A program made the position numbers and the translations under genes. Of a stretch of 64,000 bases of DNA, positions 35,317-56,107 are shown in pieces (within the stretch, counting starts at the first letter, position 1; every line of letters begins with the position of its first letter). The stretch is from the human T2T-CHM13v2.0 reference genome, Homo sapiens. The stretch lies in NCBI RefSeq assembly GCF_009914755.1, contig NC_060938.1, one strand, 5' to 3'. A model generated the notes under the pieces. It was not told where the DNA came from and did no database searches. It worked only from the letters and a program-made list of their open reading frames with translations.

Positions 35317-36774
35317 TCATCTTAAAAAACAAACAAAAAACTATGTCTGTCCACTATATAGAAATTGTTAACTTTTGGAGTTTCCTTCCAGTTACAATAG
35401 GGGAATTTGATTCCAAGTTGTAATGGCAAAGATAGCTATTGCAGCCCTTACATCACCACTGGCATGTCTCAAAAAGTGAAATAAAATCAGCGGGGCACAA
35501 TGGCTCATGCCTGTAATCCCAGCACTTTGGAAGGCTAAGGCGGACAGATCACATGGGGCCAGGAGTTCAAGACCAGCCTGGGCAACATAATGAAACTGTC
35601 TCTACTGAAAATACAAAAATTAGCTGGGCATGGTGGCACGCACGCCCGTATTCCCAGCTACTTGGGAGGCTGGGGCATGAGAATGGCTTGAGCCTGGGAG
35701 TCGGAAGTCGCAGGGAGCCAAGATTGCACCACTGCACTCCAGCCTGGGTGACAGACTGAGACTCTGTCTCAAAAAAAATAAAATAAAGTGCATGTTCCCC
35801 AATGAAGACACTGAAATATTAATAAGACATCTACATGAATGGCAACATTCTATAATATAGCTTTTTAAAAAAATCAGATTTATTACATCATTTCATCCTG
35901 AGAAGCAACCCTATAAGGCGGGGGGTTCATTTAATACGTGAAAAAAGACTAAAGCTCACAGAGTTTAAACTACTTGTTCAAAGCCATACAGCTAATCATA
36001 AATGGCAGAACCCAAAACCAAGAGCACAGTGAAAGAAATGATTTTGTAAATCAGTCCTCCTTGAATCTAAATCCTGTCTACTACCTGTGTTAAGACTGGA
36101 AGGAAAGCTCCATGACTTGGTTTTTTGTTCACTGCTCTATTTCCAGCATCTAGAACAGTGCAAGCGTACAGATGATCAATAAATACATGTTGAACAATTA
36201 CAAAAAAAAAATCACTTCTTTTGATCTGTTTCCTCATCTGTAAATGGAAATATTAAGTTCTTGCCTCCCATCTACTGATATAATATAGACACAAAACATC
36301 TGGTAAGTATTTAAGAACAGACTCAACTTCCAATTTAGTGTTCCTGTCACAAGACTTCTCCTGTAGGCTCTAAGGAAGTAGCAGAGAACAAATGTCAGTG
36401 CATTTGGCAGGCAAGCTAGGTGGTAATCAGGGTGTGGAGGAGAGTTGAACAACTAAATAATAACTAAATCATGCTTTCTTTCCCCTATCTTTGCCAAGTA
36501 GTCAGCTATTCTCTTTACTACTCTGTCACAACAATAACAAAGGATCTTTTAAAATAATCTGTTACCTGATTGCTTCTTTGAAAGCATAAAGTCTTGGTGG
36601 AGAGGAGGAAGCACCTAAGCTATACTTGTAAAGATGCAAAAAAGACAAGGGAAGGTCAGGCGCAGTGATTCACGCCTGTAATCCCAGCACTTTGGGAGGC
36701 CGAGGCGGGTGAATTATTTAAGGTCAGGAGTTTGAGACCAACCTGGCCAATGTGGTGAAACTCTGTCTTTACTA

Positions 36775-37017
<243 letters not shown>

Positions 37018-37231
37018 CTATACCAACTAATTCAACACAAGAATGGTCTCTATCTGATTTCTCTGTAATTCTGCAGTCCCTTTACTGGAAATCTAGGAGA
37101 TAAGTGATGTTAAATAACTTGCCAAAAAGTTATACAGGTAGTAAGTATGTGCTGAAGGCACAATTCAAACCAAAGGAAATCTAGTCAATTTAGGCAAGTT
37201 TATATCTTAAAGTTATTTTAACTGAAATTTA

Positions 37232-37408
<177 letters not shown>

Positions 37409-38119
37409 CTAAAAATACAAAAATTAGCCGGTCATGGTGGTGGATGCCTGTAATCCCAGCTACTCAGGAGGCTAAGGCATGAAATTCGCTTGAACCCGGG
37501 ACACAGAATCTGCAGTGAGCCGAGGTCACGCTACTGCACTCCAGCCTGGGCGACAGAGTGAGACTCCATCTCGAAATAAAATAAAATAAAATGTTAAAAT
37601 TACAAGTCATCTTTGAAGTTTAATCATAACATAAAATTTAACTTTCAATAGAAAATTAAAGTCAATAGAAAAAAAAATTAACTACCACATAAGCCTCAAG
37701 TCAACAGCAGTATTACTCCCCCAGTAAAATGCTACCATATTCTATAGCAATTCAAAATGTATACAATACACACATACATACATATACATTTTCATTTTAA
37801 TCTCGCAATAACCCAAAAGGATGTCATTTGTCCAACAAAGTCTAACTCCAAATCCTGCCCTTCGCTATCACTACCTCCCTCCCATAAAACTTTTCTCAAA
37901 CTATAAACAAAAAGCAGAGATAAAGGTATCCTATTAAAACCAAGTGTTGGCTCGGCACAGTGGCTCATGCCTGTAATCCCAGCACTTTGGGAGGCTGAGG
38001 TTGGCGGATCACCTGAGGTCAGGAGTTCGAGACTAGCCCTGCCAAGATGGCAAAACCCCATCTCTACTAATGATACAAAATTAGCTGGGCTTGGTGGTGC
38101 GGGCCTGTAATCTCAGCTA

Positions 38120-38227
<108 letters not shown>

Positions 38228-38262
38228 TCAAATAATAATAATAATAATATAATAATACCAAG

Positions 38263-38681
38263 TGTTAAGTTTAGCCTAATGCTGCTTCCTTATATATTTT
38301 AAGTTCAGCCTAAAGGTTTCTCTGTACATGGTTAACTATAATCTAACTGGGTGTATACACAGACTATAACCTACTCTTGTAACAAGTAGCTAAGTCTCAG
38401 CCAATCACAGCAGCCATACTTCAACCACTCACAGGCAGCAAACTGTTCAAACCGTGTTCAAATAAGGCAAACGACAAGCTGCAACCAATCTGGCTATTTC
38501 TGTACCTCACTTCCATTTTCTGTATGTCTCTTTTCTTTTTCTGTTCATAAATCCTCTTCAACCATACAGCAGCACCAGAGTCACTCTGAACCTATTTCTG
38601 GTTCAGGGGGCTGCCTGATTTGCTAATTGTTCTTTCGTCAGTTAAGCTCTGTTAAATTTAATTTGTCTTAAGTTTTTAACA
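38263..38681 (+). mobile_element. MER57-type (ERV1) solo LTR
   Basis: TGTTAAGTTTAGCCTAA...ttttaagttcagcctaaaggtttctc...cagccaatcacagcagcc...tttttAACA; 4-bp TSD caag on both sides. Confidence 0.85.
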
Positions 38682-39657
38682 CAAGTGGAGAATGCAGGGA
38701 TGTTTATTGTATTTTTATTCTTTATTTCTTAATTATTTGTTACATATATTTAAAATGTCTTGGGCCAGGCATGGTGGCTCACATCTTAATCTCAACATTT
38801 TGGAAAACCAAGGCTAGCAGACTGCTTGAGCCCAGGAGTTCAAGACCAGCCTGGGCAACATGGCGAAACCCTGTCTCTACAAAATACAGAAAAATTAAAA
38901 GGTAGCTGGGTGTGGTGGCACACATCTGTGGTCCCAGCTACTCAGGAGGAGGCTAAGGTGGGAGGATCACCCAAGCCCAGGAGGTCAAGGCTGCAGTGAG
39001 CCGTGATCACGCCACTGCACTCCAGCCTTAGTGACAAGAGTGAGAAACTATCTCAAAAAATAAATAAATAAGTAAGTAAAGGGCTTTTTACCCTTATTGC
39101 ACACTTAAGAAAAAGAACAAAAAATGGAACAGAAACATACTTGTAGCAGTATAACAAAGAGCTTAATATGCCTAGTATTTAATATAAATCTCCCACAAAC
39201 ATACTAATAACAAGCCAAAAGAAAAATAAGCAAAGGATTGGAACAAGCAAGCTAAACACTGAGATATCATCCAATCTGGCAAAGGTTAAAAGACTTATTC
39301 AGTGTTAGTTAAGTGTGGGGAACCTAGGCCTAGCCTCAATGCCACACTGAACTTGGATGCTCTTGAGTTACCTTATTCACAACTTTAATATTTAGCAAGT
39401 CTGCATGTTTGTCTCTCTCTTAACTGAACTCAAGAGCATCTTTTTTTTTTTTTTTTTGAGACCAGATCTTACTGTCACCTAGGCTGCAGCACAGTGGCGC
39501 AATCATAGCTCACTGCAGCCTAGAATTCCTGGGCTCGTGATCCTCCTGTTTCAGCCTCCTGAGTAGCTAGGACTACAGGCACATGCCATCATGCCTGGCT
39601 TTTTCATTTTTTAATTTTTGTAGAGACAGGGTCTCACCGTGTTGCCTAGGCTGCTTA

Positions 39658-40035
<378 letters not shown>

Positions 40036-40122
40036 TTATGAGTAACACAAAGATGTCCATGAAACACAAAATCAGAGCAATCAGAAAATAACAAGGCCTG
40101 ATTTGAGTGCAAAGATGGCTAA

Positions 40123-40281
<159 letters not shown>

Positions 40282-40639
40282 TGAGTAGCTGGGACTACAG
40301 GTGCCCGCCACTACGCCTGGCTAACTTTTTGTATTTTTAGTAGAGATGGGGTTTCACCATGTTAGCCAGGATGGTCTCGATCTCCTGACCTCATGATCTG
40401 CCCGCCTTGGCCTCCCAAAGTGCTGGGATTACAGGCGTGAGCCACAACGCACCCAGTCTCTTCTTCATTTTAGAGGTAGGGTCTTGCTGTGTCACCCTAG
40501 CTGGAGTGTAGTTGGCATGATCATGTAGTCGGCTCACTTGCATTCCTGGGCTCAACTGATCCTCCTGCCCAAGTATAGGCATGAGCTAAGGGACAATAGA
40601 CATGAGCTAAGCTTCTCCATCTTACCATCTACTAAAGGC

Positions 40640-42130
<1,491 letters not shown>

Positions 42131-42384
42131 TGAGTCGGGGAGCCATTAATCCATAACACCTAAATCAGTGTCTGGTATAAAAAAGGAACTCAAATATATG
42201 ACTACTGTATAGCAGCAAGACTGGTACAGGTACATCCCTTTAAAAGGTAAATTATGTTGTTATTTCACACTTCATAGGACAGTGTGGTTGATTTATAAGA
42301 TCCACAGAAAAGGCCAGGTGCAGTGGCTCACATCTATAACCCTAGCACTTTGGGAAGCCGAGGTGGGATTATTGTTTGAGCTCA

Positions 42385-42645
<261 letters not shown>

Positions 42646-43439
42646 TCAGTTATTTCTAAATACTTTTCCTGATGATTTTCTGCTATTGGTTGAAAAAATT
42701 TAATTACTTAGCTTAAAAACTTACTAGATTATCCACTGGCATCTTGAGACCCCTTTTCTACTTAACTCTTAACTGAGCCTCCTTTAAATCATGATTTTCC
42801 TATAATTCATCATCCCCAATTAATCTTTTTCATATGCCACCTCTTAGTATTTTGTTTTTACTATTCTTACCTTACTTACTACTCCCTTGTCAATGGTGCT
42901 CACAGCAAGTTACAGAGAAGACAAACAAAATAGCTTTGTAAAAGATGCCAACCTTAAGGATATATTAGTAAAATATACATATGAATTCTAATTCGTGCTG
43001 TCTCCAGTCTTTGGAGGAGTTGAGGAGTTGGGGAGTCTCTAGTCTCAAGTTCCACAACCTCCACCCTCCCCAAACGCCCCAACCCTATGGTACTTATAAT
43101 CTAAGTGATCATGGGAACAAAGGACCTAAGGAGTGGATCTAATAACTGTAACCATTCTTAGTTTTTAGATAAAAATAACTAATAAAGTACTGTTCTCTTG
43201 TTCTTACAAGCACATTTCAGATTAACCCAATTCTATGCTTAATTATTTAAATGCATTAGGACAAGAGTTCCATAGTTTTTTTGTTTTGTTTTGTTTTTTT
43301 AACAGAGTACATTCAGAATGTTGTACTTAAGGGAGGAAAACTTCAGGCACAATCACCAATTATGAATGGCCAATATAGGCTGGGCTTGGTAGCTCAGCCT
43401 GTAATCCCAGCACTTTGGGAGGCCAAGGCAGGTGGATTA

Positions 43440-43655
<216 letters not shown>

Positions 43656-43769
43656 CTATACCAAAAGTTAAAAAAAAAAAAAAAAAAGCAAAAAAAAAAA
43701 ACAAAAACAAACCCAGAGCCAGACTTTGTCTCACACAATAAAAAGAATAGCCAATGTATTAAGAAATTA

Positions 43770-44068
<299 letters not shown>

Positions 44069-45195
44069 TTACTTGCCAAAAATCAAACCCAAATAAATTA
44101 TATCTTAATATAAACACATTTGGTTGCTTGGCTTTTTAAGATTCAAGTAGAGTAGCACCTAACAATTAAAATGGATTATATTAATTTGTTAAGACATTAA
44201 TTCTAACATTACATACAAACTTATAATGATTCTTCAAATAAGATAATAGTAACAACATAAATAACTTTTGGCTTCTAAAGTTTAAAATCGAGAAAAAAAA
44301 AATTTGTATTCAGGTCAATAATGGGGGCAGGGCATCCAAAAAACAGTTAATACCTAAAGTCAAGAGGCTACAAGAGGTTTTAATGCATATAAAGTTTATT
44401 ATTATAAATGTCAGTGACTAGCCAATCACAAAGCTTCAGACTTGAGGAAAACATTGATAATTTTTCATTTATTGCCATAGATTGTGTCATTTTCAATGTT
44501 CATATAAAAATCCACTTTATTTCTGAAGAGCTCGGTGAAAGGGAAGAGCACTAACCCTGCATTTGTATACTACAGAAAGGAGAAGTGTATTGTATGTGAG
44601 TTACAGCTCAATAAAGCAATGTGAGAAAGTATGAAAGAAGGAGAACTTAGTGGAGTATATAAAACTCAATCCTGGTTTTGTTAAATAAAACACTAAAACC
44701 AATAAATAAATACTGGCATATTTAAACTATTAGGTGACATAATGAGGACACAGTAGATACCATTAGCTAAAGATTTCTACTCCTAAAGATGGAACTTCCA
44801 TATAATAGAACTTTATTATACAGTAAATTAAAGAGAAGGAAGGTGGCTTATGTAACAAAGGACTAACCTTCAAGATCTTTTAAGTGAAAAGGGATCTAGA
44901 GTATGTATGTTCTTTTGCATTAAAAAGGGAAGGAATTTGTGCACGTTTGTTACATAAGACACATGTTATATATACACATACAGACGCATGCACGTATATG
45001 TTTTTGGTGGCATATATATAAATTAGCTTTGGAAAGATATACAAGAAACAGCTAACACCGGGGCTATCTGTGGGTTAACAGAATAGCTAGAGCATAGTAA
45101 AAGGGAAGATTTCCTTAGGTCACCACTTTGTGTGTTTTGGATTTTGAGCAATGTGAATATAAACTTACCAAGAGGAAAAATTAAAAGTACTTTAC

Positions 45196-45474
45196 CTTGC
45201 ACCATTGTTCCTAATGACTTCCACAGTTTCTTCGACAAAATATCGATCCTTGACATATGCAAAGATATCATCACAAATTTCATGTAAGCGCGAACGATGG
45301 GTAAGGCTGGTCAAGTATAAAACTGGAATAATTAGTGGTTCTGGAAAACTCTGAAGATTCTGTCTTGCTTTTTTTTCTGACTCAAGTGCTTCCTGATACG
45401 TCAGTCCAGGTCTACCCGTCACAGCACAACTCCACACAAGGCTGTTGCACAGAATGGTTCGTTCAAAAAAGTCA
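45196..45474 (-). CDS. BAZ1A: BAZ1A exon 3 (279 nt): DFFERTILCNSLVWSCAVTGRPGLTYQEALESEKKARQNLQSFPEPLIIPVLYLTSLTHRSRLHEICDDIFAYVKDRYFVEETVEVIRNNGA(R), WAC domain
   Basis: Core of ORF 45192..45509. Acceptor (TTTTTG)n-TTTTTTAATCAG|T at 45475 and donor AAG|GTAAAG at 45195. Phase 2-2, joins exon 2 in frame (GA|T = Asp). Confidence 0.97.
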
Positions 45475-46030
45475 CTGATTAAAAAACAAAAACAAAAACA
45501 AAAGCCCATTACCTATCATTTCACAAATTTTACATTAAAAACTGATAGCATTATCAGGTTATTTTTGTGCCTTTAATGCAAAATTTTATGTAGACTCACA
45601 GAACTCAAGGGTTTGGTAACTGGTCAACTTATAACATTAATACAAACATAAGAAAAAGTATATTTAAACTAAATATTTATATTTTGCAATTTAAAGGTAC
45701 ATCAGTCAAAACCAGACTTTGAGTTCCATCTGCTTTTCAGTGAAAAACTGAAAACTTTAAGCAGCTAACAAGAAAAAAGCTAAATAAAGTAGTACTTTAT
45801 ATAATGAAAAATCAGTCATTAAAAAGTATAAAGTTCTTAATTAACATTTCCATTAATGTTAATAGAAAAATACCTATTTTCAGTTTGATCTCTCCTGTAT
45901 TTTCTTGAAACTATATGATGATCTCATTTGTGTTATAAAAAAAAAAAAGAGGAAAAGAGAAAAAGGAAAGAAAATAAAAGGTACCTATAGAAGCATAGGT
46001 TTCTGGAATGTCATACAAAACTCGAGGTAA

Positions 46031-48230
<2,200 letters not shown>

Positions 48231-49958
48231 ATATAATTTTTTTTAAGTGTAAAAAGCCCACTGTGGTAGCATGAGCCTGTAATTCGAGCTACTCCGGAGG
48301 CCGAGGCAGGAGAATCGCTTCAGTCCAGGAGTTCAAGGCTACGGTGAGCCACAATCATGCCACTGCACTCCAGCCTGTGTAAGAGTGAGACTGTCTGAAA
48401 AAAAATTTTTTTATATATATGCATATGGTTATACATATGCAAAAGGGTTAACAATGGCTGCCTCTAAGTGGTAAGATACAGGTAAAATTTTTTCCTGCTT
48501 TACACTTTGTTCTACTTTTCTATATGTAACCATATAATTCATTATTCTTCAATTTTTTCTCCTTCCTGAAATCTTTACTTCTCCCGTCATTCTAAAAGTA
48601 CTTAAACTGTTATATGTCTATTTCCTGGTTAGCACATCTATCTGTGTAGGTTATCTCTATTAGTTTGATCTCCAAAAATTGGGGGCAATTCCATTTAGAT
48701 TGTTTCCTTTGTACATCTCTATAGAACAACTTTTTAAAAAGGTATCTACGGAAATAAAGCAAGAGAAACTAATCATACCTTAACTTAAATGAGATCTACA
48801 GAAATAGCATGCATATGCCAAGTTATATGGCTCTTAATTCAGTACAAAGAAGATCCTTTTGAACTAAAGTTTAGTTCAGGAAATAATCGGTGTATATCAT
48901 CAAAAATACAAAGTAAAAAGCAGTTATCCTTATAAGCTAGAAGGCAGATATCCTAAGAATTCAGAGAAAGGGAAGGGAAGAATGCAGAAGGTAAAAAAAG
49001 ATTTTTAAAAATACTATTAGAACTTTTTTGGGGGGAAGTAATGTTAACAGGTAGGTCTTAGCCAGACACGATGGCTCATGCCTGTAATCCCAGCACTTCG
49101 GCAGGCTGAGGCAGGAGGATCACTTGAAGCCAGGAGTTCGAGACCAGACTGCGCAACAAAGCGAGACCCTGTCTCCACCAAAAATTGAAGAAAAAAATTA
49201 GCCAGGGGGCGCACATCTATAGTCCTTGCTACTCAGGAGGCTGAGGTGGGAAGAGCACCTGAACCCAGGAGTTCAAGGCTGCAGTGAGCTATAATTACAC
49301 CACTGCACTCCAGCCTGAGTGACAGAGCACAACCCTGTTTCTTAAAAAAGTTCTAGTTCAGGCACGGTGGCTCACATCTATAATCCCACCACTTTGGAAG
49401 ATTGAGGCAGGAGAAATGCTTAAGCCCAAGAGCTCAAGACCAGCCTGGGTGACACGGCAAAACCCAGTCTCTACTAAAAACGGAAAAATTAGCCAGGTCC
49501 ACGTGGTGGCACATGCCTGTAGTCCTAGCTACTCAGGAGGCTGAGGCAGGAGGAGCACTTCAGCCCGTGAGGCCGAGGTTGCAGTGAGCCAAGATCGCAC
49601 CATTGCACTCTAGCCTGGGTGACAGAGTAAAACAATATCTCAAAAAAAAAAAAAAAAAAAAAGAAAGGAAAAAAGTTCTAACTTTTTCCTATAGAAACAA
49701 ACATATCTATAATATTTAGCTTCTCAAACCAGTACATAGTTAGCACATAGTGTACATTGGTATACTTTTTTCCTCTTTTTTAAAATTGATATATAACAGT
49801 TATACATATTAATACCTGTATACAATGTGTAATGATCAAATCGGGGTAACTGGGATATCCATCACATGAAGTATACTTCTAATAACTTAAACAATACTTA
49901 GTATTGCTTGAGAAAATTATACTTCAAATCTAAACATCTTATACTTTAGTCTGTAAGC

Positions 49959-50534
<576 letters not shown>

Positions 50535-51259
50535 CCTGTTCTGGACAGCACAGCTCTAGCCACAGCAGCTAAGTGCCTGAGGTATTGAGTAGGTCACGCA
50601 TGGGATATTTCATGCCATGGCAGGGGGACAGCTAAACGCAGTGAAGTGCAACAAACACGATTTAGACTTAACACTGCCTAAAAATACCAAGAACAGCAAT
50701 GGCACAAATGCCACAACCAGTGATGTATAGCTGCCCTTTTATATCCCAAGGTTTCTACTATCTCCTACAAAATGTTTGTGCCATTTGTTTCCTTTGTGTC
50801 TATTTACTCTACAAAGTTATTGTTACATTATAGCTTCACTGTTCACAAAGACTTACCCTAAGGAGGCAGGACATGCTACCACAGTGGCCAATTTAAGGGA
50901 GAAAAGTCCAAGGGTCATCTCTCCCCTACTCATAACACCCTAACAGCACAGCACCATCTCTAACATTACACACCTTCACTTTCTCCCACTTCTGTAATTC
51001 TGCTCACACTTTACCCATTTATCATACACATTTAAATGTGCAGAATTTGTTAATACTGAATTCTAGGGGGTTGGTTACAATGCCTCTTCAATTTCTACAT
51101 TATTAAGAATGTAACTAACGAAACTTACAAGAAATACATTTTACTACTATAAGCAAAAATGATAACATACAAAGTATTTTTATATGAATGTAAATTTAGG
51201 CTAATACAGGTTATTAATGTCAGATTTATGACTGCGCTCTTTCAATCATCCTCTTCACT

Positions 51260-51478
51260 AAAGGTGGGCATCCTACTGGCACAGAGACCAAACCCTGCCC
51301 TCCACCTGTTTTTGTAGATTTTTTGGGGAACACAACTATACCTGTATTTTTAGGTGTTGTCAATAACTGCTTTCTCACTACATTTGCACAGTTGGATAGG
51401 TACAAGAGACCCTATGGCCAAGCAAAGCCTGAAATACTGATTATCTGGCCCTTTGCGGAAAAAATTTGATGACCCCTC
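51260..51478 (+). mobile_element. MER58A-like DNA transposon
   Basis: Motif ccacctgtttttgta...ggaacaca...gagaccctatggcc..gcaaagcctgaaatactgattatctggccctttgcggaaaaaatttgatgacccct. Confidence 0.7.
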
Positions 51479-51835
51479 CTCTTTACCATTATTTCATAAG
51501 GAAAAGTTGCTGAGTTACAAGGGACTTTCTTAAGAACGCACCTGTAATATGAAGTCAACCAACACTCTGGCGAACAAACTGAGGAACAAAGTGCAACATA
51601 CTATTAATTTGTTGGGTATTGGGAAAACTAAAAAACTAAAAACCTAGTAGGGGAAGATTAAATTGTGACATAAAAATCAGAAACTAGGCCGGGTGCCGTG
51701 ACTCACGCCTGTAATCCCAGCACTTTGGGAGGCCGAGGCGGGTGGATCACAAGTCAGGAGGTCAAGACCAGCATAGCCAAGATGGTGAAACTCCGTCTCT
51801 AGTAAAAATTCAAAAATTAGCTGGGCACGGTGTCA

Positions 51836-51991
<156 letters not shown>

Positions 51992-52045
51992 TCAGATAAA
52001 AACAAAGTGTACTCTACTTAGGGGCCAAAACACACTCATTCTCTC

Positions 52046-52059
52046 TATGTATGTAAGTA

Positions 52060-52090
<31 letters not shown>

Positions 52091-52148
52091 ATAATACATG
52101 TATATATATACATAATATATACGTATATATTATATATGTATATATATA
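52046..52148. repeat. (TG)n/(TA)n compound microsatellite
   Basis: Directly visible. Confidence 0.9.
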
Positions 52149-52206
52149 CTCGATCTCGGGAGATCGAGACCATCCTGGCTAACACGGTGAAACCTCGTCT
52201 CTACTA

Positions 52207-52470
<264 letters not shown>

Positions 52471-52850
52471 TTATTGTTCAGGTACCACATGTGCAGAGAG
52501 ATCCTAGAAGAATAACCAGTATGGTAGAGAAACAATGTCAGAAAAACTCATGTTTTCAAGAGAGAAAGTTAGACATTTGGAAGGGGAGCAGAAAGAGACA
52601 GAACTATCTCAAACATCTGAAGATATTTCTTCTTGTCAGCTCCTGAGGGCAAGTGTAGGAAACAACAGAAATTCTAGGAAGAAAGAGTTTTTGAATCATT
52701 GTTATAGGTAGTATGGGGCAAACAACAAGGCAGGTCCACAAGTTCTTAGGATGGTTTTCATTGTGTTTTGATGGATAACATATATTAGACTATCAGTGAA
52801 CACACAAAATCCAATCAGGATGACCCAACTATAAAATTGTAGCAACTGCT

Positions 52851-53324
52851 TGTGGTAGACTGTTTGCAAAGAGGTCTAAAGGTGTGCAGGCTCCTTTGAA
52901 ATATGACATTCATGCTCTTCTCACCAAGAGCTGGAGTCTATTTCATGACCTCTTGAATCTGGGCTGACCTTGTAATCTGTTTTGACCAAAATAATAAAGA
53001 AATGATATTGAGTGACTTCCATTCTCACCCTCTTGAAACTCTAAGACCACCATGTGAAACAGCCTCTTTCTGAGGTTGAAAGACCACACGGTAACTAAAA
53101 CCATCCCAGCTGAGTTCCCAGACCTGTGACTGAGGCTCTTACTCCAACCTGCCTCAGCCTAGCCTCCAGCTGACTGCAGCTAAGTGAGTGAGCCCAGAGG
53201 AAACCAGCAGAAAACAAATTGGCAATCCACAGAATAGTGAGCAAATAAAATGGGTTGTTATTTTGAGCCACCAAGTTTTGGGGTAGGTTGTTACTACAAC
53301 CTACAATATTGCAGTAACTGATCA
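52851..53324 (+). mobile_element. MLT1 (MaLR) solo LTR
   Basis: TGTGGTAGACTGTTTGCAAA...ggagtctatttc...cttgaatctgggctgaccttgt...ttttgagccaccaagttttggggtaggttgttac. Confidence 0.75.
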
Positions 53325-56073
53325 ATGTATTGTCTGAAGAAAAAATGTATTTAAAACATCTGAAACTAAGTACGTGTCTGCTAAGTAGACAAAAGATAAA
53401 ATTCAAAAAGTAAAGCATTTAGGAATCTCTGCTATACCATCCAGGAAAAAAGGACTCATGGATCCAAGTATCAGGACAATACGGCAGGCTTATTCCTTAA
53501 AAAGGAGCTAAACATCTCATTTAAAGACACTAGCTAAGAAAATTATCCAACTTCCTTTGAAAACCCCATGCTCACCAAATAGCCTTTGATTATAACTAGA
53601 TTTCACACATAACTGACCATTAGTATAGGAATTGGTCAGTATGAAAGACATTCTTCCCTACTATAAATTGATGATGTTCTGATATGTCCATTGAATACCT
53701 AGAGCTTAATCACTTGGGGTATAGTAAAAAGCCAAATGTCTAAGCAGACAGTACAGAGTGGTATCTACACAAAGATCTAGGCAGCCAGTTTAAATTCCAG
53801 GCAATGCCCCTATTTTCTTAATGCATACTTCAACAGATATCAGGAAGAATTTTCCATAATAAGCACTATGTGATAAACAGTAAAAAGAGCATAAATGCTA
53901 GAATAATTGATGTTAGAGTCTAGCATTATCAGTTACTAGAAAAATAATTTTGGACACCGTAATCTTGGATTTACTCCCCACCCCAACTTGTTTCCTCACC
54001 TGTAAAAGGAGGCTGTTGAAAGGACTGACTTATTAACAAGGGAGAGCAGATGAACAATGAAAACAGGATGCCTTGTAAGCTAGTTAAACCTCTTCCAATG
54101 AAAAGCCAGTGTGAAACATAATTTGGACCACCTGTTAGTGATGTTGTGGAAGAGAGTTATACATTTTATATTGAAGGCTGAACTCACTCAAAGATGGGAA
54201 ATATATTCCAAGTGTCTACATGGCTAAAAAAAAAGTTATTTTATTTATGAGATTAAGTCACTAGGTAATACAACAAATCATTTTCCTATCCCACAAGTCA
54301 AGAAATTCTGTATTCAGACCTGTTCCATTTTTTAACAATCCACAGCAAAAATAAACAAAATTGTTGTCGGCTAGCCAAAATTAAAGAATATTTTTATTTT
54401 TGTAGAAACAAGGTCTTACTATTTTGACCTGGCTGATCTCAAACTCTTGGCCTCAAGTGATCCTCCCACCTCAACCTCCCAAAATGTTTGGATTATAGGC
54501 ATGAGCCACCGCATGCAGCCAGAATAAATCGTATTTAAGAGACTACATTATGCACCTTAGCTTACGCATTTGTCTATAGTTGATGTGCTATTGAGTCTTC
54601 TTTACCTATGAAAAAGCAGGTCAATCAAGAGTTAGCAATTAGTTAAGGAGAATGTAGTAAGGAGCTTCTGCTACATAATCACTGAGGATGCATCCTGGCC
54701 AGTCACTGTCTCAAAGAGTTCAGGTTCTTGGAGAAGACAAAATGTGAGGCACAGGCCAAGTGCGGTGGCTCACGCCTGTAATCCCAACACTTCGGGAGGC
54801 CGAGGCAGGTGGATCACCTGAGGTCAGGAGATCCAGACCATTCTGGCCAACATGATGAAACCCCGTCTCTACTAAAAATACAAAAATTAGCTGGGCGTGG
54901 TGGCAGGCTCCTGTAATTCCAGCTACTCGGGAGGCTGAGGCAGAGAATGCTTGAACCCGGGAGGCAGAGGTTGCAGTGAGCCGAGATGGCACCACTGCAC
55001 TCCAGCCTGGGCGACAGGGTGAGACTCCGTCTCAAAAAAAGAGCAGCCTGCAGAGGTTTCCGTCATAGTTTTTCCAGAGTTGTTCCAAAGGTCAGGTTAC
55101 CATACTACAGACCACCATATCCACGTACCACAAATGCATTTTTGGAAAGATCTCTTTGTAATCATTTGCGAGAAACAGAAAGTAATTCAAAATGTAACAT
55201 GATTAAATGGCAGTCTTCTTCCAATTTTGTCAAAATTATTTCCGTTCAGTCATAGAAACCTAAGAACATCAGCAATACTCCTTAATTCAGGGTAAATGGT
55301 CAAATACCTTTGCTCCCAAACCAGTAATCTCTCTGGGACTGCTTGTAATTTCCAAAAGCCCAAACACTTCAGCATAAGGGAAAAAACAAAAATTGAAAAT
55401 AAAAACCTAGTTATTTAAAATGTTTAAATGCCCTAAGACTACAAAGGATACAATTCCTTAATATTAATGGAAGATAAGACTAGGCTTGGTGGTTCACGCC
55501 TATAATTCTAGCACTTTGGGACACCAAGGCAGGCAGATCACTTGAACTCAGGAGTTCAAGACCAGCCTGGGCAACACGACGAAACCCCGTCTATGAAAAT
55601 ACAAAAATTAGCCAGAGTGGTGGCATGCACCTGCAATCCCACACTCAGGAGGCTAAGGTGGTAAGGTGGGGGGGATTGTTTGAGCCCACGAGGTGGAGGC
55701 TGCAGTGAGCCAAGATTGTGCCACTGCACTCCAGCCTGGGCGACAGAGCGAGAACCTGTCTCAAAATAAGTAAATAAATAAAAATAATGGAAGACAGATA
55801 GTTCTGGAATGCGAAAAATCTGTATTTCAGCAATTCAGATTTCTCCATGGTTAGAATAATTCAGCTCAAGAACCAAAGTGCCTTAAGAGTGTTTAATTCA
55901 CAAAGGATAACAGTCATATTCATCCTACCCTCTAAAAGTGAGAAAAGCCTCTTTAAAAGACTGCTTACGTGGAAGGAGAAAGCAGTTTGAAATTTAAGCC
56001 TATTTACTATTTTGTTGATACTCTTAGTTTTTTTTTTATCGTAATTGTTAGCAAGGCCTGTAGCTTTAAAATC

Positions 56074-56107
<34 letters not shown>

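Noticed and set aside
42908-42921. TACAGAGAAGA resembling the U6 ACAGAGA box
   Set aside because: Only 11 nt match and the flanks do not resemble U6; chance similarity.
45475-45509. N-terminal MGFCFCFCFLIS of ORF 45192..45509
   Set aside because: This is the intronic (TTTTTG)n polypyrimidine tract of the exon-3 acceptor, not coding sequence.
45505-45516. AG|GTAATG upstream of the exon-3 acceptor as a recursive splice site
   Set aside because: No polypyrimidine tract upstream of the AG, and it is too close to the real acceptor.
56076-56105. Solo A30 tract as a retrocopy tail
   Set aside because: No retroelement body or TSD visible; treated as a simple mononucleotide repeat.
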